Below, piece after piece: positions 25,201 to 32,032 of a DNA stretch of 37,421 nucleotides (its first letter is position 1; the number at the start of each line of letters is the position of its first letter). Source of the stretch: Thermoplasmata archaeon (GTDB lineage: Archaea; Thermoplasmatota; DTKX01; DATEUP01); assembly GCA_041487695.1 (NCBI GenBank), contig JBGPNV010000002.1, positions 1 through 37,421 on the forward strand, written 5' to 3'. The notes beneath the pieces were generated by a model that searched no databases, had not been told where the DNA came from, and saw only the letters and a program-made list of their open reading frames with translations. The translations under genes and the position numbers were made by a program.

Positions 25201-26025
25201 GAAACGGGGGGGCCGGGGCTGGGCGGAAAGGGGAGTCGGCTCGGGGAGGGTCCAGGGGTCGCTGGCCCCCGCCATCTGCCGACCCTTGATGTAGAAAACC
25301 TGGAATTGCGTAAAGGCCGGCGTCGTGCCGTTGTTCGCACGCTCGGGGTGCGGTTCCTCCACGATGACCGCCGCTCCATCACCGGGGCGCAACGGGGGCG
25401 TCAGATAGGCGAAAGCGGTCGGATTCCCTTGGACGCGCGGGGGGAGCTCGACCATCGGCGGCTGGGCGGCTGGCCACGGATAGGAGAAGTTGGGCGGAGT
25501 TTGGAAAAACATCCGGAAGGAGCCGACGGGGCAGGGATCGTAGAAACTGCAAGACAAAATCCCAGGGCCGACCCAGGTAAGCCAATCGTCGGCTCCGTCG
25601 AAATCCGCGTCAATGTGGGTGGGCGCCAAGTCGAGTTCCGAACCCGCTCCGGCGGGCCCATAAGGTTCAAACTCGGGATCGCCGAACCCGCCCCTGCACT
25701 TCAGGGGGCAGGCCTGCTCAAGAACGCTCCCGTTTGGCTGACCCCAACCCACAAACTGGCCCGGGCCCCCAAGACCAACGGTCCAGCCAACCAAATCGTC
25801 GTTGCCATCGCCGTTGAGGTCGCCGGGGCTTTGAAAGAGTGCCTCGCTGTAATTCATGGCCCAAGGGGATGCTAGCGAGCCATCGGCCGCTGGGGGAATG
25901 ACAAGAAGCCAGTCGGGTGCCGTGACTGCCAACGTCCCGAACGTTTGGGCCGCGGCCGAAAATGGCAGGCTGCTCGCAAGTAGGAGGACGCCTACGCCCA
26001 CAGCCCCCGCACCCCGCCCGCGCAT
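22252..26025 (-). CDS. giant secreted FG-GAP/VCBS-repeat (integrin-alpha-like propeller) surface protein with Ig/PKD-like domains and C-terminal anchor
   Basis: 1257 aa. Signal peptide is MRGRGAGAVGVGVLLLASSLPFSAAAQT. Six DxDxDG Ca-loop motifs. Long beta-rich middle section. PKD-like ATDPEGQPLRYAWS near the C-terminus. Pro-rich linker, then AGFAAIVLVAAAAVAALALLLRRRR. Confidence 0.85.
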   Translation of the reverse strand: MRGRGAGAVGVGVLLLASSLPFSAAAQTFGTLAVTAPDWLLVIPPAADGSLASPWAMNYSEALFQSPGDLNGDGNDDLVGWTVGLGGPGQFVGWGQPNGSVLEQACPLKCRGGFGDPEFEPYGPAGAGSELDLAPTHIDADFDGADDWLTWVGPGILSCSFYDPCPVGSFRMFFQTPPNFSYPWPAAQPPMVELPPRVQGNPTAFAYLTPPLRPGDGAAVIVEEPHPERANNGTTPAFTQFQVFYIKGRQMAGASDPWTLPEPTPLSAQPRPPRFLAAPDFDLDGLADLALWSPIAPSPTGVPAPGFLTILNGSQAGPTPSSAQEIPLEQPQAAFGDFDGDGHTDLATWGFVPAQPGISPSPFLNVNFHFWIGGNGLESRPSESLHLQGPSIFASQPPPRLQVGDIDGNGRADFVTLKYDTTSASSGHILVDVFVNPSICGPLRDCLAADEASLSYSSEITLSGTDIYTNDGGLRLNVASDYDGDGLKDITVGYYGGNAPERGRTSVSGLVAVLYGRTVVDRYAGVWIEGNSGGVLIPGDSTYTIHVQGWTTTGNSTDLRINVTGLSPGLYVDMNQTGPVVVSSAPNVMSIAPGSWANRTDGPAGTHWDIGIPFRLNWSGAPPHRVSLDAYFFWGRPGEHFQNPNAGRYDPRVEIRGPLAAESDGRMLDEGGWSRAGAPINFSNLSVVYAALPQIPVPPHFFDWLLGEGTAMALETPAGGARVSNVSTLPATARGKVYTFGIASVDILTGPAPWLAAPFNFTINLDGDLPQFGAHLPLESEWVTSTPTFAAVDIFDNESGVDPDRIEYSWENDGAPFVRWDRATALPGQTAAEVVGQALIAFPEGNLSNVIWRVWDKAGNGPAESPIFGVKVDTTGLTFQNPRPPASEWQNAQSVVANVEILSGSSGVYRSSVEYRVSTAGLFAFGPWTSAPTLSSPLDPAFVATTALSLEEGDANWVQWRADSNARVGLRLSDPFQIRVDSLRPIIVSVQPNESSIFPLGPVPLSLAAHEGSPEGVAQRGLDAVSPGGATYRIKGPADLDFGPVWPLSPTSVSTDEWSASFANGGVFERGNSTVQFTVRERGGRTVTALTTVRVNQVPTVTIESTPANFTVAVLGNLTLNARATDPEGQPLRYAWSSCTPQPSRPPAPPRPPPPFSTNASVNFSADAAEPMRTTTARTVELCLVVRDSMDGEVRTNVTVQVVVPPPPEANPPPPTAPQVTAPTADAGFAAIVLVAAAAVAALALLLRRRRAPPDNV
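24451..25848 (-). repeat. FG-GAP-like repeat region (six recognisable Ca-binding loops)
   Basis: Motifs seen: GDLNGDGNDDLVGW, DADFDGADDWLTW, PDFDLDGLADLALW, GDFDGDGHTDLATW, GDIDGNGRADFVTL, SDYDGDGLKDITVGY. Confidence 0.7.
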
Positions 26026-26107
26026 GGCCTCCTCACCTGCCGCTCGCCCCTAAAGACCGTTGTGGGACGTTCCATCATGCCGGCGCCCTTCGATTGGCTT
26101 ATGCCAC

Positions 26108-26920
26108 ATGGGAGCCATCCTCCTCCGCTTGCCTTCCTCCGTGATTACCCTCACAACGGACTTCGGTTCCTCGGAACTACCAGCGGCCATGCGCGGCGTG
26201 ATCCGCGAGCTTGCCCCGCAGGGCACCGAAGTCATCGACCTCAACCACACAGTCCCGCCGCACAACATCATCCAGGGCGCCTACTCGATGCTCACGGTTT
26301 GCCCGATCTACAAGGGCGCGGTCCACGTAGGCGTGGTCGACCCCGGTGTCGGCACGAAGCGCCGGGCAGTCGCGATCGAGACGGATGACGGCGTGCTGCT
26401 CGGCCCGGACAACGGCCTGCTCGCGCCCCTTGCCCACCGGCTCGGGATGAAGCGCGCGTTCACGCTCGCGAACCCGAAACTCTGGCGAGTGCCCGTTTCG
26501 GCGACTTTCCATGGCCGCGACATCTTCGCTCCGATCGCCGCGCGCCTTGCGGGCGGCGCGGCCATCGAAAGCGTCGGCCCCCTCGTAAGTGACCTCGCCA
26601 CACTTGCGGCGTTTGACGCCCACGACACGCCGAAGGAAATCCGGGGCGCCGTGGTCAACATCGACCCCTTCGGCAACCTCGTGACCTCGATCCCCGCGCC
26701 CATGGCGATCCACCTGCTCGAAGGCGGCAAGCGCATCGACGCGCGCATCGCGGGCAAGCGCTTGGGCATCCACCCCGTATCGGCCTACGGGGAAATTGAG
26801 GGCAAGTCCTACGGCGTCCTCCCGAATTCCTCCGACTTCCTCGAGATCGCGGTGCACCATGGCTCCGCGGTCGAACGCCTCGGCGTTCGCACGGGCGACC
26901 CCGTGGTCCTGTACAAGTAG
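26108..26920 (+). CDS. SAM hydroxide adenosyltransferase / SAM hydrolase family protein (DUF62)
   Basis: ITLTTDFG, VGVVDPGVGT, LLGPDNGLL and FHGRDIFAP motifs. Start is uncertain: ATG 26108 is preferred, with alternatives at 26060 or GTG 26141. Confidence 0.85.
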   Translation: MGAILLRLPSSVITLTTDFGSSELPAAMRGVIRELAPQGTEVIDLNHTVPPHNIIQGAYSMLTVCPIYKGAVHVGVVDPGVGTKRRAVAIETDDGVLLGPDNGLLAPLAHRLGMKRAFTLANPKLWRVPVSATFHGRDIFAPIAARLAGGAAIESVGPLVSDLATLAAFDAHDTPKEIRGAVVNIDPFGNLVTSIPAPMAIHLLEGGKRIDARIAGKRLGIHPVSAYGEIEGKSYGVLPNSSDFLEIAVHHGSAVERLGVRTGDPVVLYK

Positions 26921-26967
26921 AGGGCTCCCGGGAGCCTTCTTAAACGGCGACCCCTTGCGCGGCCCCC

Positions 26968-28128
26968 GTGAAGTCCTACGGCGTCCAGTTCCTCTACAAC
27001 GCCGCCCTGTCTTCCGCCTCACTCTTCACGCCGATCTACGCGAAGTCCCTTGGCGCCTCGGACCTCGTGATCGGCTACATCGGGATGGTCTACGGCCTCT
27101 CGATCTTCATGACGGGGATCTACTTCGGACGAAAGGCCGACGTTCTGGGGCGCCGCCGGTTCCTCATTGTCGGGCTCTTCCTGGCCTCCGTCCTCGCCTC
27201 CGTCCAGCTGTTCGCCTTCGACCCATGGATCCTCATGGTCACCCGGTTTGGGCTCGGGTTTGCCGCAGGCATGTTCCCCCCGGCGCTTGTCGCCTACGCG
27301 TACGATGAGGGGCTGCCGATGGGCCGCTTCGCGGCCGCTGGGTCGCTCGGGTGGGGCACGGGCAACCTGCTCGTTTCCTTTGCAGCCGTGGCAGGTTGGC
27401 TCTATGGCGCGCTGCTGCTCCACGAGCGCGTCTACTTCACCGGCGCCCTGGTCCTTGCAGCCGCCTTCGCCATCGCGCTCGGTCTGCACTCGGTCCCCCG
27501 TGAACCGATGAAGACCAAGCCGATCACGCTCGATGTGATCCGCCGGAACCGCGACGTCTACCTGTCGTTCCTCGTCCGGCACACCGGCGCGAACGCCGTG
27601 TGGATCATCTTCCCGCTGTTCGTCCTCGAGCTCTCGCCCCGCACGCCCTCCGGCGGGTACGACTACAACTGGCTTGGCATCATCTACGCCGCCAACGCGC
27701 TCACGCAGGGCCTCATCATGCTCTTCCTCGACCGCTTCGACGGGCGGCGCCTCGTCGTCGTCGGCGAAGTGCTCACGGTCGTCACCTTCGCGGGCTTCTA
27801 CTTCTCGCGGGACCACATCGACCTCCTCGTGTTTTCCTTCGTCCTTGCGGCCTCGTGGTCGTGCCTCTACGTAGGGTCCCTGAAGACGATCCTCGCCCGG
27901 TCGCCGGAGAAGGCGACGGCCTCCGGGCTCCTCAGCTCGACGACCTCCATGGCCGCGGTCGTGGGCCCGCTTGTCGGCGGTTTTGTTTCGAACTTTTTCG
28001 GCGGCTACCGCACGACAATTGCCCTTGCTGGCTTCATGACTTTGGGCGCGCTGGTGATCTTCAAGATTTTTACCGAATCGGTCGAGCGCCAGTACGGGGC
28101 GACCTCGACGGCACGGCCCCGCGAGTAG
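26968..28128 (+). CDS. MFS transporter
   Basis: 386 aa with about 12 TM helices and the GRKADVLGRRRF loop 2-3 motif. GTG start lies 24 nt downstream of a TTCTTAAA box. Confidence 0.85.
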   Translation: MKSYGVQFLYNAALSSASLFTPIYAKSLGASDLVIGYIGMVYGLSIFMTGIYFGRKADVLGRRRFLIVGLFLASVLASVQLFAFDPWILMVTRFGLGFAAGMFPPALVAYAYDEGLPMGRFAAAGSLGWGTGNLLVSFAAVAGWLYGALLLHERVYFTGALVLAAAFAIALGLHSVPREPMKTKPITLDVIRRNRDVYLSFLVRHTGANAVWIIFPLFVLELSPRTPSGGYDYNWLGIIYAANALTQGLIMLFLDRFDGRRLVVVGEVLTVVTFAGFYFSRDHIDLLVFSFVLAASWSCLYVGSLKTILARSPEKATASGLLSSTTSMAAVVGPLVGGFVSNFFGGYRTTIALAGFMTLGALVIFKIFTESVERQYGATSTARPRE

Positions 28129-28201
28129 GCCGGGCGCGTTCTTGGGGCGCCGATTTCGGGGTTCATAAGCTTCATAACGCCTCCGGCTCATCGGTGGGCG
28201 A

Positions 28202-30532
28202 ATGGTCTTCCCGCCCCTTACCGTGCAAGACCGCATCGTTTTGCACCTAATGGACTACCAGAACTTCTCGGACAAGTACGAGGTCCCCGCGCAGGTGACC
28301 CAACGCGGCATCGGCGAGGCGATTGAAATCGCCTGGAGCAACGTGCCGCGCGCGATGAAGAAGCTTGTGACCGACGGCATCGTGGAGGAGAAGAGCGCGA
28401 GGATCAAGGGCGACAAGCGCAAGAAGAAGGCCTACTTCCTCACGCACAAGGGCTACTCGTCGGCCCTTGCGCTGAAACAGGAAATGGGCACCCGCCCGAT
28501 CGTGGTCGTCGACGGGGACACGCAGCGCGAGGTCCTCACGAGCGAGCTTGCCAAGGAGACGGGCCTCTCGCTCTCCTTCCTCTCCTTCGTCATGAAGATC
28601 GCGACGGACGGCAAGTTCGATGTGGCAAGGGCCCGCGCGGTGGGGTCGACCCCCGCCGGCATCGTCGAGGCGATCGAGGGCGCGCCGGCGGTCCGCGCCT
28701 TTGTCGGGCGCGACAGCGACCTCTCGGCGCTCACGGCGATCATCGCGGCACACCAGGTGGCCGTGGTTTGGGGCGTTGCCGGCGTCGGCAAGACGACGCT
28801 CGCGATCAAGTCCATCGACCCGATGAAGGGCAAGCGCTCCGTGTTCTACGTGCGGCTGCGCACCTGGACCAACCTCGTCGGCGTGCTGATGCCGCTCGCG
28901 CGGTTCCTCGGCAAGATGCGGCGCACGCGCCTCCTTACCTACATCTCGACGACGACGCAGCCCGCCGTGGGCGACCTGCCTTCGGTCCTCAAGGAGGACT
29001 TCGACCAGATCGACGCCGTGCTGTATTTCGACGACCTGCAGGACGCGCCGCAGGAGATCCAGCAGTTCGTGCGCTTGCTCGTCGAAGTGAAGCCCGAATA
29101 CCCGAACCTCGCGATCGTCCTCGTGTCGCGGCCGCTGCCCCACATCATCGACAGGCGCGAGGTCGCGGTGACCAAGCGCGTCGTCGAGGTAAAACTCGAG
29201 GGCCTTGACAAGGCGAGCGCGCGGCTCATTGTGCGCCCCGAGATCATCGCGAGCCCCGAGGAGTTCGAGGAGGTCTACAAGCGCACGGGCGGCGTGCCGC
29301 TGCTCTTGGAGCTCGCTCAGCCCACGACTCGCCCCGCATACACGTCCGACGCCGCGGCGTTCGTGCAAAACGAAATCGTGAAGCGCCTGTCGCCCGGCGC
29401 CCTCGACCTTGTCTCGCTCGCGTCCGTTTTCCGCACGACAGTCAAGCGCGACGCGCTCTTTGGCCTGCCCGCGGCCAAGCCCGAGCACCTCGAGGAACTC
29501 GTCCGCTTTGACCTCCTCAGGGAACGGCCCGACGGCCGGTACGACATCCACGACGTGGTGCGCGAGTTCGTGTACACGAAGCTCACGCCCCAGCAGCTCA
29601 TCGAGTTCCACACGGCGGCCGCCGAGTTCCTCTTGAGGTCCGAGGAGCCGAAGGACGTCCTCGAGCGGATCTTCCACCTCGAGCGCGCGGGCCAGACGGC
29701 GGCTGCGGCGACCGCCGCGATCGCGGAGGGCTGGCGCCTTATCACGGCGGGGCTTTACCGCGAACTCCTGGGGACCGTCGAGAACCTCTCAGGCAAGGGC
29801 CTGGATGCGCGGGGCGTCATGGCGCTCGACGAGCTCAAGTCCGACCTCTATGCGAAGATGGAGAGCTGGGAGCCGTCTTTCGACCACGCCAAGGCCGCCC
29901 TCGACCGCTCGCTCGAACTTGGGCGCCACGAAGATGCCGGCCGCCTCTTTGCCAAGGTCGCGTGGCTCGAGGCCCAACGCGGTCTCACGGACGCCGCGAT
30001 CGAGCACTTCAACGAGTCGATCAAGATGCTTGCGGTCGCGGGCTCGGGCGCGTCCTCGGACCTCGCCCACGCCGAAATCAACCTCGGCATCGCGCTCCTG
30101 CGCCGCGAGGAGGTCGACGCGGCCCTACCGCACCTCGAGCGCGGCGGCGAGATCGCGCGCGCCGCCGGCAAGCCGATGCTCGCCGCCGAGTCGGGCCTCC
30201 TCATCGCCAAGACGCTCGCCGAGCGCGGGCAGCTGCCGCCCGCGCGGTCGCGCGTGAACGACGCGCTCAGCATGCTCGAAGGCGCGGAGGGCACGGAGCG
30301 CCCGCGCGCGGAGGCGCTCCTCCTGCTTGGCGAGCTTGCGCTCAAGGAGAAAAACTTCGACGAGGCGATCGGCCACCTCGAAGAGTCGCTCGAGCTTTGC
30401 GAGGAACTCGAGATCATCGACCTTGCCGTCAAGCTGGCGCAGCAGCTCGTCGAAGCCTACACCGCGATTGGCGACAAGGAGAGCGCCGACTTCTACGCGA
30501 AGAAGTCCCAGCAGTGGGCGCCTACGCTTTGA
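28202..30532 (+). CDS. wHTH - P-loop NTPase (STAND/AAA_16-like) - TPR repeat protein
   Basis: 776 aa. N-terminal wHTH is QRGIGEAIEIAWSNVPRAMKKLVTDGIVEE plus a basic wing. Walker A is GVAGVGKTT (28772-28795). Walker B-like is AVLYFDDLQD. The C-terminal ~300 aa are helical TPR-like repeats. Confidence 0.8.
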   Translation: MVFPPLTVQDRIVLHLMDYQNFSDKYEVPAQVTQRGIGEAIEIAWSNVPRAMKKLVTDGIVEEKSARIKGDKRKKKAYFLTHKGYSSALALKQEMGTRPIVVVDGDTQREVLTSELAKETGLSLSFLSFVMKIATDGKFDVARARAVGSTPAGIVEAIEGAPAVRAFVGRDSDLSALTAIIAAHQVAVVWGVAGVGKTTLAIKSIDPMKGKRSVFYVRLRTWTNLVGVLMPLARFLGKMRRTRLLTYISTTTQPAVGDLPSVLKEDFDQIDAVLYFDDLQDAPQEIQQFVRLLVEVKPEYPNLAIVLVSRPLPHIIDRREVAVTKRVVEVKLEGLDKASARLIVRPEIIASPEEFEEVYKRTGGVPLLLELAQPTTRPAYTSDAAAFVQNEIVKRLSPGALDLVSLASVFRTTVKRDALFGLPAAKPEHLEELVRFDLLRERPDGRYDIHDVVREFVYTKLTPQQLIEFHTAAAEFLLRSEEPKDVLERIFHLERAGQTAAAATAAIAEGWRLITAGLYRELLGTVENLSGKGLDARGVMALDELKSDLYAKMESWEPSFDHAKAALDRSLELGRHEDAGRLFAKVAWLEAQRGLTDAAIEHFNESIKMLAVAGSGASSDLAHAEINLGIALLRREEVDAALPHLERGGEIARAAGKPMLAAESGLLIAKTLAERGQLPPARSRVNDALSMLEGAEGTERPRAEALLLLGELALKEKNFDEAIGHLEESLELCEELEIIDLAVKLAQQLVEAYTAIGDKESADFYAKKSQQWAPTL

Positions 30533-30742
30533 AGGCCGCCAAGCCCGCACACGAGCGAATGCGTTTTTTAAAAGGGCGGCGCTTCGGCCACCTTGAGGCC
30601 CGTCGTGACTTCGTCGCCGGACCGTCCCGGAGCGTGAATCCCCCTGCCGATCGGCGGAATCCCGCCCATCCTCTTTGAGAGCCGGCCGCTGCCGCCGGAT
30701 GTCCTGCCGCCGGGCCTTGCCTTCGCGATCCTGGCGGCGCTT

Positions 30743-31780
30743 GTGCTCGTGCGCGTCGTGGGGGGACCTCTGGGTTACTTCGTCGCCCGGGCCCGCGCGC
30801 CGGGCCGCGAGGTCTGGTGGGGCTGCCTCACGACCGTGGTGCCGCTCATCGGGTTTGTGCTCCTCTTCGTGTTCCACGGTCCCAAACCCGACGTCTCCAC
30901 GGGCTCCTGGAACCCGTGGGTGCTCTGCCCGTTTTGCCGGACTCCGCGCGGGTACTCGCAGCTGCCTTGCCCGAATTGCGGGCAGGCGCTCCCCGTCCGG
31001 CCCGGGTATGCCCCGCCGCCCCCGCCGCCTTCCGCCCCTCCCTCGCGCGCTCGCGAAATCCGCGGCGGCCAGGTCGCGGGGGCCCTGCTCTTCACCATCC
31101 TCCTTGCGAACCTCGCAGTGATCCTGCTCATCCTCCCGGTCCTTGCCGACCCAGCGACGAGCGGGACCCGCGTGCGCGAGATCTCGGGAGCGGCGTGGTT
31201 CATCCTTCTCGCGCTCGTCGTGCAGGACTCGATCATGACGGCCGTCGCCGTCGACCAGGCCGTGTTCCGCAAGCGGCTCACGTGGGAGGACATGGGCCTC
31301 TCGCTGAAGCACGTGCCCTTCTCGGTGCCGCGCCAGCTCGGCCTCGGCGTCGGCGCGGGGGCCTTCACCTTCCTGATGTCGACCTTCGCGCTGCTCATTT
31401 TCCTGCGGACGCTCTCGCTGGCGGGGGTCTCAACCACGGGCGCAAGCACGAGCCCGACGCAGCCGCGCATCGAGTCTGTTTCCGACTACGGGTACTGGCT
31501 CGTGGCCGGCGTGATCGTGGCGCCCTTTGCCGAGGAGGTCTTCTTCCGTGGCTACGGTTTGGGAGGCTTCGTAAAGCGCCGCCAGGCCAACCGCGGGCTT
31601 GTGATCACGAGCGCGCTTTTCGCGGCGGCTCACCTCGACCCCATCGCGTTCTTGCCGCTGTGGGGGGCGGGGATGGTGCTCGGGACGCTGTACCTCGAAA
31701 CGGGGTCGCTCCTTGCCCCGATCGTCGCGCACGCGACGAACAATTTCATCGCGATGACTCTAACGTACTTTGGAATCTGA
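30743..31780 (+). CDS. CPBP (CAAX/Abi) family intramembrane metalloprotease with N-terminal TM + zinc-ribbon + Pro-rich linker
   Basis: CPBP motifs FAEEVFFRGY, FAAAHL and HATNNF. The N-terminal region has CPFCRTPRGYSQLPCPNCGQ, then PPPPPPSAPP. GTG 30743 is the first canonical start after an in-frame TGA at 30635-30637. Confidence 0.8.
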   Translation: MLVRVVGGPLGYFVARARAPGREVWWGCLTTVVPLIGFVLLFVFHGPKPDVSTGSWNPWVLCPFCRTPRGYSQLPCPNCGQALPVRPGYAPPPPPPSAPPSRAREIRGGQVAGALLFTILLANLAVILLILPVLADPATSGTRVREISGAAWFILLALVVQDSIMTAVAVDQAVFRKRLTWEDMGLSLKHVPFSVPRQLGLGVGAGAFTFLMSTFALLIFLRTLSLAGVSTTGASTSPTQPRIESVSDYGYWLVAGVIVAPFAEEVFFRGYGLGGFVKRRQANRGLVITSALFAAAHLDPIAFLPLWGAGMVLGTLYLETGSLLAPIVAHATNNFIAMTLTYFGI

Positions 31781-31804
31781 CGGCCGCAAGGGCGGCGGGG
31801 GCGC

Positions 31805-31957
31805 CTACTGGCCGCCGCGGGCGTCCTTGGCCTTGGCGCGAAGCTGCTTCGAGCCGCACTTGCGGCACTTCGTGGCCCGCCAGGCGTTTCGCGAGTAGCA
31901 CGCCATGCAGATCTTCTTGTGGAGGATTCGGGCCTCCGCTTCGGGGAATCGCGCCAT
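31805..31957 (-). CDS. rpl40e: 50S ribosomal protein L40e
   Basis: Too short for the ORF track. Hand translation: [50 protein letters not shown]. This is the canonical archaeal L40e N-terminus with a C4 zinc ribbon. Confidence 0.85.
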   Translation of the reverse strand: MARFPEAEARILHKKICMACYSRNAWRATKCRKCGSKQLRAKAKDARGGQ

Positions 31958-31984
31958 GGACGATCTCGGGCAGTCGAGAGGGCG

Positions 31985-31990
31985 ATATAA
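31985..31990 (-). promoter_or_regulatory. TATA box (TTATAT) with purine-rich BRE-like GGAAAACC upstream, rpl40e promoter
   Basis: The minus strand reads CCGGAAAACCTTATATCGCC. The box edge is 28 nt upstream of ATG 31957. Confidence 0.5.
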
Positions 31991-32032
31991 GGTTTTCCGG
32001 GCCCGCTCTGCGCGAGCGGCTGGACGCCGCCA

